Assembly (NCBI GenBank): GCA_049840735.1
Contig: JASGJN010000013.1
Span: 672,001 to 736,000 of the forward strand
DNA: 64,000 bases
Source of the DNA: Anaeromyxobacter sp.
Lineage (GTDB): Bacteria; Myxococcota; Myxococcia; Myxococcales; Anaeromyxobacteraceae
Reading direction: 5' to 3'
Shown one piece after another: positions 1-10,007 of this stretch (its first letter is position 1; every line of letters starts with the position of its first letter). A model generated the notes under the pieces. It was given only the letters and a program-made list of their open reading frames with translations, searched no databases and was not told the DNA's origin. The translations under genes and the position numbers were made by a program.

Positions 1-47
1 GCGCGTCGGGGTTGCGCCGCCGCCCGGTCCCGGGCAAGAGCCAGGGG

Positions 48-713
48 ATGCGACTGGTCGTGGAGCCTGGGGCCGGGCAGCTGGGGATCGACGCCTGCAT
101 GGCCGTCTTCGAGGGGGTGCGCATCTCCAACCGGAGCAACCCGCTGGAGCGCCGGAAGAAGGAGGCGCTCGAGCCGCTGCGGGCGGTGGACGCCGCGACC
201 GACCCGGTCCTGTCGGGCTACCGGGCGCTGCACGCGCGGCTCGGCGTGGGCGGCGTGGTCCCGCCGGCGCAGCGGCTCCTCGAGCAGGTGCAGGCCAGCG
301 GGCGGCTGCCCAACATCAACACCGTGGTGGACGCCTACAACCTCGTCTCGGCGCTGACCCGGCTCTCGGTGGGCGCGCACGACCTGGCGCAGGTCCGGGG
401 AGACGTCCGCCTCGGCCTGATCCGCGGGGACGAGCGGTACTGGCCGCTGGGAGCGCCCGGCCCCGAGCCCATCGCCGCCGGCGAGTACGCGGCGCTCGAC
501 GCGGAGAAGGTCCTCTGCCGGCTCGATGTCCGGCAGTGCCAGGAGACCCGGATCACCAAGGACACGCAGGCCTTCGCCGTCTACGTGCAGGGCAGCCCGG
601 CCACGCCCCGGGCCCTGCTGGAGGAGGGGCTCCGCCGGATCGGTGAGCTGGTGGTGGAGATCGGCGGCGGCCGGTACACGCCGGTGGCCGTGGTGCGAGG
701 GGGCGCGCCCTGA
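48..713 (+). CDS. B3/B4 domain protein (PheRS beta editing-like domain)
   Basis: Motifs LPNINTVVDAYNLVS, GAHDLAQVRGD, GEYAALD..KVLCR, TRIT typical of stand-alone B3/4 proteins; ATG at 48. Confidence 0.8.
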   Translation: MRLVVEPGAGQLGIDACMAVFEGVRISNRSNPLERRKKEALEPLRAVDAATDPVLSGYRALHARLGVGGVVPPAQRLLEQVQASGRLPNINTVVDAYNLVSALTRLSVGAHDLAQVRGDVRLGLIRGDERYWPLGAPGPEPIAAGEYAALDAEKVLCRLDVRQCQETRITKDTQAFAVYVQGSPATPRALLEEGLRRIGELVVEIGGGRYTPVAVVRGGAP

Positions 714-741
714 GGCGCGGGGGCCGGCGGCCCGGCCCCGC

Positions 742-2052
742 TCACTCGTCCCTGTCGCCCTCGTCCCCGCCCGGCGGCACGAGCTGATCCTCGTCCTGCT
801 CGCGCAGGCGGCCCACCAGCTCACCGGCCTGCTTCCCGGTCCGGCGGCGCGCGTAGTAGCGGGTCACCGAGGGGAGGCTGAACCGGTTCATGGTCACGCT
901 GTGCGTGCAGATGGCGTTGAGCCGGTCCACGTCGATGAACCACTCCGGCAGGAAGACCGGCCCCACGCACAGGCCGTCGTCGATCAGGTCGCGCACCAGC
1001 TCGGCGTCGTCCACGCTCATCTTGCCGGCCAGGAAGGCGCGGACCAGGTCCAGGTCGCGCTGCTCCAGCGCCGCGCGCAGGAAGTTGAAGAACCGGCAGT
1101 AGCCGCGCTGGTAGGCGGCGTCCTTGGTGAACGGCGCGCCCCCCTCCAGCAGCCCGCCGCGGAAGACCCGCTCGCTCATGAGCGCCGCCTTCTCGGGCGG
1201 GTAGCGGGCCAGCAGGTAGCGGTAGACCTCGAGGAAGTCGGCGCCGCGCGCGGCCATGTCGATGGCGATGGTCCGCTCGCCCAGCTCGATGTAGCGCTCG
1301 TCGGTGATGTGGCCGGTGAGGAACTCGGTGACGATGCCGCCGCCCTCCTGCGACTCGGTGTGGCGGGGCAGCCCCACGCCCAGCACCGGCAGCACCGGCT
1401 GGCGGTAGCCGTTCATGGAGGTGAGGACGTGCCAGAGCCCCTCGTGGTGGGCCAGCGCGTTCACCTGCCGCTCGCTGAAGCGGGCCCCGGCGCGCAGCGT
1501 GATCCAGGTGGCGCCGGCGGCCGCGTTGGCGGTGAGCCGCTTCCGGACCTGGACCTTCACGTGCCCGCCCAGCAGCGGGTTGCAGATCTCCGCCACCCGG
1601 GCCGCCGCCTCCTCGGCCGTGTAGCTGGCCTCCTCGTCCCGCGCCCGCGGGCGCGAGGCCCACATGCGCGCGATGGCCAGGTTGTCGGCGTTGTGATCGG
1701 GGAAGCGGTCGCGCGGGTCGCCGTAGATGCGCCGCGAGAGCTCGTAGAAGCGCCGCGTGCCGCGGGCCGCCAGCAGCTGCGTGACCAGGACGAACTCGTC
1801 GCACTTGCGGCGGAGCAGCTCCTCCACCGGGTTGCGGCCGCGGATCTGCCGGCGGAGGGTCCGCAGCTCCTTGATCTTGGCCTCCGGCTCGAACCCCAGC
1901 GGCGGGTACTCCGGGCGCGGCAGCTCGCGCGCGCCGGCCTTGAAGAAGCGGGCGTGGACCTGCGGCCCCCAGTTGATGGCGCGCAGCACGCGGATGGGCT
2001 TCTGCGCGTGCAGGATCGCGTCGCTGAGGGTGCGGAGGTAGGCGCGGGGCAC
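742..2052 (-). CDS. DUF1704 (QEGLA-motif / MATCAP-like) metallo-carboxypeptidase
   Basis: HHEGLWHVLT zinc motif, TESQEG, RVFRGG...PFTKDAAY, GKMSVDD. Confidence 0.8.
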   Translation of the reverse strand: MPRAYLRTLSDAILHAQKPIRVLRAINWGPQVHARFFKAGARELPRPEYPPLGFEPEAKIKELRTLRRQIRGRNPVEELLRRKCDEFVLVTQLLAARGTRRFYELSRRIYGDPRDRFPDHNADNLAIARMWASRPRARDEEASYTAEEAAARVAEICNPLLGGHVKVQVRKRLTANAAAGATWITLRAGARFSERQVNALAHHEGLWHVLTSMNGYRQPVLPVLGVGLPRHTESQEGGGIVTEFLTGHITDERYIELGERTIAIDMAARGADFLEVYRYLLARYPPEKAALMSERVFRGGLLEGGAPFTKDAAYQRGYCRFFNFLRAALEQRDLDLVRAFLAGKMSVDDAELVRDLIDDGLCVGPVFLPEWFIDVDRLNAICTHSVTMNRFSLPSVTRYYARRRTGKQAGELVGRLREQDEDQLVPPGGDEGDRDE

Positions 2053-2161
2053 GGGCCAGTTCTAGCACGCGCCCGGGGGCGCGGGCGGGCCTGGCCAGGC
2101 CTCGGGCGCCAGGCGCCGGGCCTCGTCCTCGCGCCGCGGCCTCTCCCGAGCCCCGAGGCCC

Positions 2162-3004
2162 TCAGTACTTCTCGGGCACGTACTTGAACGGATAGCTCGG
2201 CGACCGGTACTTCGAGTGCGCCTTCCGCTTCGGCAGCTCCACCTTCTTCATCTTCCTGGTCACGTCCTTGTACGGGACGCTGGCGAGGAGGTGGCTGATG
2301 CAGTTGAGCCGGGCGCGCCGCTTGTCGTCGGAGCGGATCACGCGCCAGGGCGCGAAGTCGGTGTCGGTGGCGGCGAACATCTCGTCCCGGGCGCGGGTGT
2401 ACTCGTGCCACCTGCCGTAGGAGGCGAGGTCCATGGGGGAGAGCTTCCAGAGCTTCCGCCCGTCCTCGATGCGCCCCTGCAGCCGGCGCGTCTGCTCGTC
2501 CATCGAGACCTCCAGCCAGTACTTGAGCAGGATGATCCCGGAGTTGATCATGGCCTTCTCCACCAGCGGGACGCCCTTCAGGAAGGCCCGCGACTGCTCC
2601 TCGGTGCAGAAGCCCATCACCCGCTCGACGCCGGCGCGGTTGTACCAGCTGCGATTGAAGATCACGATCTCGCCCGCCGCCGGCAGGTGCGCCAGGTAGC
2701 GCTGCGCGTACATCTGCGACTTCTCGCGCTCGCTCGGCGCCGGCAGCGCCACCACGCGGAAGACGCGCGGGCTGACGCGCTCGGTCAGCGCCTTGATCAC
2801 GCCGCCCTTGCCGGCGCCGTCGCGCCCCTCGAACACCACCACCACCTTGAGCCCGGAGTGCTTGGCCCACTCCTGGAGCTTCACCAGCTCGACGTGGAGC
2901 TTCTTGAGCTCCTTCAGGTAGGCCTTGTTCTTGAGCGGCCTGGCGGCGTCCTTGGTCTTCCCGCCGTCCTTGCCCTGCTTCCCGTGCTTGCCGTCCTTGC
3001 TCAT
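2162..3004 (-). CDS. ppk2: Polyphosphate kinase 2
   Basis: FEGRDGAGKGG Walker A, F(N/D)RSWYNRAGVERVMGF, WKLSPMD, SDDKRRARLN; start moved to ATG 3004. Confidence 0.95.
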   Translation of the reverse strand: MSKDGKHGKQGKDGGKTKDAARPLKNKAYLKELKKLHVELVKLQEWAKHSGLKVVVVFEGRDGAGKGGVIKALTERVSPRVFRVVALPAPSEREKSQMYAQRYLAHLPAAGEIVIFNRSWYNRAGVERVMGFCTEEQSRAFLKGVPLVEKAMINSGIILLKYWLEVSMDEQTRRLQGRIEDGRKLWKLSPMDLASYGRWHEYTRARDEMFAATDTDFAPWRVIRSDDKRRARLNCISHLLASVPYKDVTRKMKKVELPKRKAHSKYRSPSYPFKYVPEKY

Positions 3005-3150
3005 GGTCGCGGTCCCCTCTGGTGGAGAACGACTCCGGTGGCGACCCGACCATAGCGCCGGCGGAGAGATGGGGCCCTGGGGCGAAGGTCGTATTACGGC
3101 GCCGTGCTCGAGGGGGCTAGCGTGGCGGTTGACCCGAACGGAGGTCGCCC

Positions 3151-4848
3151 ATGACCACCCCACGCACGGCCCTCGTGCCAGCGCTGGACTGGCTCCGCAG
3201 CTACGAGCGCCCCTGGCTCCGGGCCGACGTGGTGGCGGGGCTGACCGCCGCCGCCATCGTCATCCCCAAGGCGATGGCCTACGCCACCATCGCCGGCCTG
3301 CCGCCGCAGGTGGGCCTCTACACCGCCTTCCTGCCCATGGTGGTCTACGCGCTGCTCGGCACCTCGCGCGTCCTCTCCACCTCCTCCACCACCACCCTGG
3401 CCATCCTCTCCGCCGCGGCGCTGGGCGACGCCGTCGCCGCCCAGCCCGGGCTCCCGCTGGCCACCGCGACGGCCACGCTGGCGGCGCTGGTGGGCGCCAT
3501 CCTGCTCGCGGCCCGGCTGCTCCGGCTGGGCTTCGTGGCCAACTTCATCTCCGACCCGGTGTTGACCGGCTTCAAGGCCGGCATCGGGCTGGTGATCGTG
3601 GTGGACCAGGTGCCCAAGCTGCTCGGGCTCCACCTGCACAAGGCCGGGTTCTTCCGCGACCTGCTCTCGCTGGGCCTGCACCTCCCCGAGACGCACCTGG
3701 CCACGCTGCTGGTCGCCGCCGGCACCTTCGCGGTGATCATCGCGCTGGAGAGGCTGGTGCCCCGGGCGCCGGCGCCGCTGGCGGCGGTGGCGGCCGGGAT
3801 CGTGGCCTCGGCCGCGCTGGGGCTCGCGGCCCGCGGCGTGGGCGTGGTGGGCGAGATCCCCGGCGGCCTCCCGCGCCTCTCCCTGCCCGACCTCCCGCTG
3901 GTGCTGCGCCTCTGGCCCGCCGCGGCCGGCATCGCGCTCATGAGCTTCACCGAGACCATCGCCGCGGCGCGCGCCTTCGCCGCGCGCGAGGACCCGCGCC
4001 CGGACGCCAACCAGGAGCTGGTGGCCATCGGCGCCGCCAACCTGGTGGGCGGGCTGTTCGGCGCCATGCCCGGCGGCGGCGGCACCTCGCAGACCGCCGT
4101 CAACGCCAGCGCCGGCGCGCGCACGCAGGCGGCGCAGCTGGTCACCGCCGCCACCTCGCTGGCCACCCTGCTCTTCCTGGCGCCGGTGATGGGCGCGCTC
4201 CCCAGCGCCACGCTGGCGGCGGTGGTGATCGCCTACTCGGTGGGGCTCGTCCAGCCGGGCGACTTCGCCGCCATCCGGCGCATCCGCACCATGGAGTTCC
4301 GCTGGGCGCTGGCCGCCTGCGCCGGCGTGGTGCTGCTGGGCACGCTGCAGGGCATCCTGGCCGCGGTGGTGCTCTCCATGGGCAGCCTGCTCTACCTGGC
4401 CTCCAACCCGTCGGTGCGGCGGCTGGTGCGCAAGCCCGGCACCGCCGTCTTCCGCCCGGAGAGCACCGAGCACCCCGAGGACGAGCGCTTCCCCGGGCTG
4501 CTCCTGGCCCGGCCCGAGGGGCGGCTCTACTTCGGCAACGCCGCCGCCGTCTCGGAGCGGCTGCGCGAGCTGGTCGGCCCCGCGCTGCCCCGGGTGCTGC
4601 TGCTCGACTGCAGCGCCGTCCCGGGCCTGGAGTACACCGCGCTGCAGATGCTGGTGGCGGCGGAGCAGCGGCTCTCCGAGCAGGGCTGCCAGCTCTGGCT
4701 GGCGGCGCTCAACCCGGAGGCCTTGAAGCTGGTCCGGCGCACGCCGCTGGGCGAGCGGCTGGGCCGGGAGCGGATGTTCTTCACCGTGCAGGACGCCGTG
4801 GTCGCCTACCAGGCGCGCGGCCTCGAACAGGATCGGAGCAACGCATGA
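3151..4848 (+). CDS. SulP family anion permease with C-terminal STAS domain
   Basis: DVVAGLT..IP..MAYATIAGLPP..GLY, NQELVAIG.AN, RLYFGNA, LLLDCSAV. Confidence 0.93.
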   Translation: MTTPRTALVPALDWLRSYERPWLRADVVAGLTAAAIVIPKAMAYATIAGLPPQVGLYTAFLPMVVYALLGTSRVLSTSSTTTLAILSAAALGDAVAAQPGLPLATATATLAALVGAILLAARLLRLGFVANFISDPVLTGFKAGIGLVIVVDQVPKLLGLHLHKAGFFRDLLSLGLHLPETHLATLLVAAGTFAVIIALERLVPRAPAPLAAVAAGIVASAALGLAARGVGVVGEIPGGLPRLSLPDLPLVLRLWPAAAGIALMSFTETIAAARAFAAREDPRPDANQELVAIGAANLVGGLFGAMPGGGGTSQTAVNASAGARTQAAQLVTAATSLATLLFLAPVMGALPSATLAAVVIAYSVGLVQPGDFAAIRRIRTMEFRWALAACAGVVLLGTLQGILAAVVLSMGSLLYLASNPSVRRLVRKPGTAVFRPESTEHPEDERFPGLLLARPEGRLYFGNAAAVSERLRELVGPALPRVLLLDCSAVPGLEYTALQMLVAAEQRLSEQGCQLWLAALNPEALKLVRRTPLGERLGRERMFFTVQDAVVAYQARGLEQDRSNA

Positions 4849-5537
4849 GCCCGCAGCCAGCCCAGGTCCGGCAGCCCATCTCCATGGAGGCGCTCGACGC
4901 CGCCGAGCCGGTGCTCGATCCGGTCGAGCGGGTCTCCGAGACCTGCTTCGGCCTCATCATGGCGCTCACCTTCGTCGGCTCGATCGTGGCCGCGGAGGGC
5001 GAGGACGCCAGCCCGCACACCATCTTCGTGGCCGCGCTGGGGTGCAACCTGGCCTGGGGGCTTGTGGACGGGGTGATGTACCTGGTCCACACCCTGGCCC
5101 GCCGCGGCGCCCGCCACGCGCTGGCCCGCGCCGTCCACGCCGACCCCGGGCCGGCCGCCCTGCCGCTGCTCCGCGCCGCGCTCCCGGCCGGCCTCTCCCC
5201 GGCCGTCGGCGACGACGCGCTGGCCGCCATCGCCGCGCGCATGGCGGCCTCGCCGGACGTGGTGCGCCGGCCGGTGCTGCGCGGGAAGGACTGGCTGGCC
5301 TCGCTCCTCATCCTGGCGGTGGTGACGGTGGCCACCTTCCCGGTGGTGCTCCCCTTCGTGCTCTTCCAGGACCTGCAGCTGGGGCTCCTGGTGTCGCGCG
5401 TGCTCACGCTGGCCATGCTGCTGGCCGGCGGCGCGGTGATCGGCCGGCAGTCCGGCTTCGGCGCCTGGCGCGCCGGGTTCCTGATGGTGGCGGTGGGGGT
5501 GGCGCTGACGGCCATCGTGGTGGCGCTGGGCGGCTGA
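4845..5537 (+). CDS. VIT1/CCC1-like membrane protein
   Basis: ATGA overlap with SulP stop; LDPVERVSE..FGLIMALTF, GCNLAWGLVDG, TFPVVLPF; several TM helices. Confidence 0.7.
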   Translation: MSPQPAQVRQPISMEALDAAEPVLDPVERVSETCFGLIMALTFVGSIVAAEGEDASPHTIFVAALGCNLAWGLVDGVMYLVHTLARRGARHALARAVHADPGPAALPLLRAALPAGLSPAVGDDALAAIAARMAASPDVVRRPVLRGKDWLASLLILAVVTVATFPVVLPFVLFQDLQLGLLVSRVLTLAMLLAGGAVIGRQSGFGAWRAGFLMVAVGVALTAIVVALGG

Positions 5538-5559
5538 GCGGGTCGAGCGGTGGGGGGAA

Positions 5560-5597
5560 GGTCCGCGGCGCGGACCCCACCGGTCGCGGCGCGGACC
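5560..5597. promoter_or_regulatory. Tandem 17-bp palindromes GGTCCGC-N3-GCGGACC (putative enhancer-binding protein sites)
   Basis: Perfect copy 5560-5576 and imperfect copy 5581-5597, 21 bp apart; same pair at 15219-15256. Confidence 0.7.
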
Positions 5598-5649
5598 ATG
5601 GGCGGGGGGACGCGGCGCGCAAGTGCGCGTCCGGACGCGAGCTGCTGCG

Positions 5650-5665
5650 CGGCACGCCGGTTGCT
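5650..5665 (+). promoter_or_regulatory. Sigma54 (-24/-12) promoter
   Basis: CGGCACGCCGGTTGCT: GG 5651-52, N10, GC 5663-64. Confidence 0.8.
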
Positions 5666-5677
5666 CAACCGGCCGCC

Positions 5678-6133
5678 ATGACCACTCCCCTCACCGCCCT
5701 CCCCTCCGTCCATGTCTCCCCCACCAGCGAGCAGCGCGCCCAGCCGGGCCGCTTCGAGGAGGCCCTGCGCGGCGCCGCCTCCGGGTTCGTCTCCGGCGCG
5801 GCGGCCGGCCTGCAGCTGGCGGCCCCCTACGTCCCCGGCGGCACGGTGCTCTCGGCGGCCGTCCGGGGCGCCACCTCGGCGGCCAGCTCGGCCGCAGCGG
5901 CCGCGGCCTCCGGGGCCGCGTCCGGCGCCGCCGCCGGCGCGGCCAGCTCCGGCAGCGAGGGCGACCTGCTCGAGGCCACGCGCGCGCTGCAGCAGCAGTC
6001 GCAGTCCTTCAACCTGCAGTACCTGCAGCTGCAGGAGGGCATGCAGCGGGAGAGCCGGGAGTTCGCGGCGCTCTCCAACGTCATGAAGGTGAAGCACGAC
6101 ACCGCCCGGTCCACCATCCAGAACATCCACTGA
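5678..6133 (+). CDS. T3SS-associated protein, putative needle/filament (SctF-like) subunit
   Basis: ATG 5678; C-terminal helical segment [36 protein letters not shown]; first gene before rod-like gene and sctJ. Confidence 0.5.
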   Translation: MTTPLTALPSVHVSPTSEQRAQPGRFEEALRGAASGFVSGAAAGLQLAAPYVPGGTVLSAAVRGATSAASSAAAAAASGAASGAAAGAASSGSEGDLLEATRALQQQSQSFNLQYLQLQEGMQRESREFAALSNVMKVKHDTARSTIQNIH

Positions 6134-6149
6134 GCCGGCCGAGACGGAG

Positions 6150-6497
6150 GTGACCGTGACGCCCATCCTTCCTGCCGGCGCCTCGCCGGCGCTCGCCCCA
6201 ACCCCGGCCCCCACCGCGCGCGGCCGGTTCGCCGCCCTGCTGGAGGGGACGCTCCCCGCCGTCGCCCCGCGCACCGTCCAGCCCCCCGGCAAGGCGCTGC
6301 TGCACGCCGTGGAGCGGGCCCAGGCCCGGCTCGACGGCGTGCTCGCGGCCTCCCGCGCCGGCCGCACCTTCACCGCGCAGGAGCTGCTGGGCCTGCAGTC
6401 CGAGGCCTACCGCGCCGCGCAGACCGTCGACCTGGCCGCGCGGCTGGTGGAGCAGGGCGCCCAGTCGGTGAAGCAGGCGCTCAACACGCAGGTGTGA
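6150..6497 (+). CDS. Putative T3SS inner-rod (SctI-like) protein
   Basis: C-terminus ELLGLQ..AY.....DLAARLVEQGAQSVKQALNTQV resembles SctI/HrpB2 ends; immediately upstream of sctJ. Confidence 0.6.
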   Translation: MTVTPILPAGASPALAPTPAPTARGRFAALLEGTLPAVAPRTVQPPGKALLHAVERAQARLDGVLAASRAGRTFTAQELLGLQSEAYRAAQTVDLAARLVEQGAQSVKQALNTQV

Positions 6498-6505
6498 GGG
6501 TGCGC

Positions 6506-7234
6506 ATGCCCACCGTCTCGCGCGCGGGCGGCCTGGCGCTGGCGCTGGCCGGCCTGGCCGGCTGCGGCCGCTCCGAGCTCTTGCACGGCCTCGACGAGCG
6601 CCAGGCCAACGAGGTGCTGGTGGCGCTGGGCGAGGCGGGAGTCGCCGGCGAGAAGGTCCGCGACGCCGGCGCGGAGGGGACCTGGCAGATTGAGGTCCCG
6701 GCCGGCCAGGCGGCGCCGGCGCAGCGGCTCCTCTCCGAGCGCGCCCTGCCGCGCCCGCGCCCGCCCGGGCTGGGCGAGGTCTTCGGCGCCGGCTCGCTGG
6801 TCCCCACCGCGGTGGAGGAGCAGGCCCGCTACGCCCACGCGCTCTCCGGCGAGCTGGCCCGCTCGCTGGAGGGGCTGGACGGCGTGGTCGGGGCGCGGGT
6901 CCACCTGGCGCTGCCCGGGCCCGACCGGCTGGGGCTCGCGGACCGCCCGCGCGCCCGCGCCGCGGTCCTGCTCCGCTGCCGCCCCGGCGCCTGCGCTGCG
7001 CTGCGCGGGCTCGACCCCGGGCTGCGGGCGCTGGTCGCGGGCGCCGCGCAGGGGCTGGACCCGGCGGACGTGGCGGTGGTGCTGGCGCCGGCCGCCGAGG
7101 CGCCCGCGCCTCCGGTCCAGGGCTCCACCCCGGCGGCGCGCTACCTGGCGCTGGCCGCTGCGGCTGCGCTGGGGGCCGCCGCAGCGCTGGGCGCGGGGTT
7201 CGCGGCGCGGCTGCGGCGCAGGCCGCGCGCGTGA
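6506..7234 (+). CDS. sctJ: T3SS inner-membrane ring lipoprotein SctJ
   Basis: Lipobox LAGC, LLHGLDERQANEVLVAL, LVPTAVEEQARY, ELARSL..LDGVVGARVHLALP, C-terminal TM; alternative GTG start 6494. Confidence 0.9.
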   Translation: MPTVSRAGGLALALAGLAGCGRSELLHGLDERQANEVLVALGEAGVAGEKVRDAGAEGTWQIEVPAGQAAPAQRLLSERALPRPRPPGLGEVFGAGSLVPTAVEEQARYAHALSGELARSLEGLDGVVGARVHLALPGPDRLGLADRPRARAAVLLRCRPGACAALRGLDPGLRALVAGAAQGLDPADVAVVLAPAAEAPAPPVQGSTPAARYLALAAAAALGAAAALGAGFAARLRRRPRA

Positions 7235-7536
7235 GCCCGGAGGACCGGCGCCTGGCCGCGCTGCTGGCGGCGCTGCTCCCCGCGCGCGCCGCGGCCGTGC
7301 TCGCCCGCGGCCCCGGCGCGGCCGCGCAGGAGGCGGCGCGGCTGGCCGGGCTCCCGCGCCAGGACCGGCTCGCGGCGCTGGAGCGCGCGCTGGAGCGGGA
7401 GGGCGCCGCCGATCCCGCCGCGACCGCGGCGCTGGAGCGCCCGCGGATGGCCGCCGCGCTGGCGGAGCTGGCGCGCGGCGGCGGGGCGGAGCTGCCTCCG
7501 GTGCTGGTGCGGCTGCTGCGCGAGCGGCTGGGGTGA
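7231..7536 (+). CDS. Hypothetical protein in SctK position
   Basis: GTGA overlap with sctJ stop; Ala/Leu/Arg-rich helical; assignment by position only. Confidence 0.5.
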   Translation: MSPEDRRLAALLAALLPARAAAVLARGPGAAAQEAARLAGLPRQDRLAALERALEREGAADPAATAALERPRMAAALAELARGGGAELPPVLVRLLRERLG

Positions 7537-7697
7537 CGGGACGCGGGCGGGCCGGGTCCCGGGCCACGCCGTTCAAGGCGCCGCACCCGCCGGCCCTCCC
7601 CGCGCGCGCGGGTCTGCGCGGTTCCGCGCAACCACTTCACTCGCCGCGCGACCTGGCCGGTGAGGTAGTCTGCCCCCGCACCGCCCCGGGGCCCGCC

Positions 7698-9985
7698 ATG
7701 ATCCGCCAGTTTGCTCTCCACTCCGATGCCCTCCCCCCCCAGGCACGCGTTCGCGCCCTGAGAGGCCGGGAGCGGCTCTCCCAACCGTACGCCTTCGACG
7801 TGTTCCTCGAGCTGGACTCGGCCGCCGCCGACCTGGGCGCCGCGGTCGGGCAGCCAGCGACGCTGCGCCTCAACGGTCCGCTCGGGGAGCCCCGGGACGC
7901 CATCCACGGGATTCCTCTCGTCCATCGAGCTGCTGGACACCCGGTCCGACCACGAGCTGTGCCGCGCCGTCCTCGTGCCCCGGCTCTGGTGGCTCGCCCA
8001 GAACCGGCACAGCCGCGTCTTCGTGGGGGACTCCGTCCCGGCGATCATCAATCAGGTGCTGCGCAAGGCTGGCTGGACCCCCGACGACTACCGGCTGGCC
8101 CTGGCCGGTCGACCGGGAAAGGGTTACTGCCCGCTCGAGCACGTGTGCCAGTACCGCGAGAGCGACCTCGACTTCCTCTCGAGGTGGATGGAGCGGGAGG
8201 GCATCTACTACTACTTCGAGCAGGCCGACGCCCACGAGAAGCTGGTGATCGTGGACGCGGCGGAGGACCACCGCGAGCGGACGGCGGGCGCCCACCGCTT
8301 CGTCCCCCGCACCAGCGGCGAGGCCAACCGCGTCGAAGGCTTCCGCACCTTCCGCTTCGCCGCCCAGGCGCAGCCCGCCGGCGTGCGGCTGGCCGACTAC
8401 AACTACCTCAACCCTGACCTGCCCGTGCGCCACGAGGAGCGGCGCGGCGAGGGACCGCTGGTGTCGCTCTTCGGCGAGAACATCCCCTCGCCCGACGAGG
8501 CCCAGTGGCTCACCCAGATCCGGACCCAGGAGCTCCGGGCACGGCAGGTGCTCTATCGCGGGACGGGCTGCGTCCACGGCATCCATCCGGCCAGCAGCTT
8601 CTCGCTGGAGGAGCACCCGCGCTTCGACAAGGAGCTGCTCGCCGTCGAGGTGCTCCACCGCGGCACCGATCTCCGAGGGGGCGGCGTGGGGGCGGGAGGC
8701 CATCGAGGAGGCGGCGGGCGAGCCGCTGCCGGATGGCTACGAGGCGGAGGTGGTGGCCATCCCCGCCACCGTCCAGTACCGGCCTCCCCGGCTGGCCCCG
8801 ACGCCGCGCATCACCGGCCTCGAGACGGCGGTGATCGACGGGGAGGCCGACGAGCGCTACGCGCAGCTCGACGAGCACGGGCGGTACGCCGTCCGGATCC
8901 GCTTCGACGAGAGCGATCTCGGCCCCGGCCAGGCCTCCACCCGCGTCCGCATGCTGCAGCCGCACGGGGGCAGCCAGGAAGGCTTCCACTTCCCGCTGCG
9001 CAAGGGGACCGAGGTGATGCTCGCCTTCGTGGGCGGAGACCCGGACCGCCCGGTCATCGTGGGCGTGGGCCCGAACGCCCACAAGCCCAGCCCGGTCACC
9101 CGCAAGAACGCCACGCAGAACGTGATCGTGACGGGCGGCCTCAACGCCCTGGTGATGGAGGACACCCAGGGCGCAGAGTACGTGCGCAGCGAGTCGCCCG
9201 CCAGCCGGAGCTTCCTGCACCTGGGCGCGCCCGAGAAGGCCCTGGGCAAGAACCTGGTGCTCTCGACCGACGGGACGGGGCTGGTGCACACCGGCAGCGA
9301 CCTCACCGTCGAGACCCTCGGCGCCCGCGCCGACGACGTGACCGGCGACCTGACCGAGACCTACCGCGCCGCGCAGCAGACGACCGTGCACGGCGCGCGC
9401 GAGGACACGGTCAAGGGGAAGGTGACCGAGCGCTTCGAGGCCGGACACGAGCACAAGGTCCTGGGCGGCGGCGTGGTCCGCGAGGTCACCGGGGGCGAGA
9501 CCGAGAAGGTGGTCGGTGCGCGCACCCAGACCATCGAGGGCGCCGTCGACCAGACCATCAAGGGTGCGCAGACGCTCACGCACGATGGCCCGATCACCCA
9601 GACCGTGAAGGGCGGGGTCACCCAGACCGTCAACCCCGGGAACGTGGCCATCAACGTGCCCGCCGGGACCTTCAAGGTCGACGCCAGCGGCGAGGTGCTG
9701 CTCACCTCCAAGACCAGCGCCCAGTTCTCCGCGCCAGAGGCGAAGCACATCTGGCCGAAGCTGGTGAGCCTGACCTGGACCAAGTACGCGGTGACGGCGC
9801 ACGCGGCCACCGTCGCGAGCCTCGTCACGAACCTCCACGGCACCAAGATGGACTTCAACCTCCTCAAGGTCGACCAGTCGGCGGGCGTGGTCCAGAACAC
9901 GCCGGCCAAGTTCGAGAACGTGGGCCAGGCGCTCGGCTTCGGAGCCTTCGCCATCAAGTACTACGCGCTCACCATCCTGGGCTGA
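7698..9985 (+). CDS. vgrG: T6SS spike protein VgrG (about 761 aa; two apparent frameshifts near 7912 and 8674, probably sequencing errors)
   Basis: GRERLSQPYAF, QYRESDLDFLSRWMEREGIYYYF, DEHGRY.VR, GFHFPLRKGTEV..AF..GDPDRP, beta-helix repeats; one-base corrections join three ORFs. Confidence 0.9.
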
Positions 9986-10007
9986 TCTCCCCACCGCCGG
10001 AGCCCCC

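Noticed and set aside
2641..2665. Catalytically altered PPK2 Walker B (FNRSWY)
   Set aside because: One base from GATC (FDRSWY); probably a miscall
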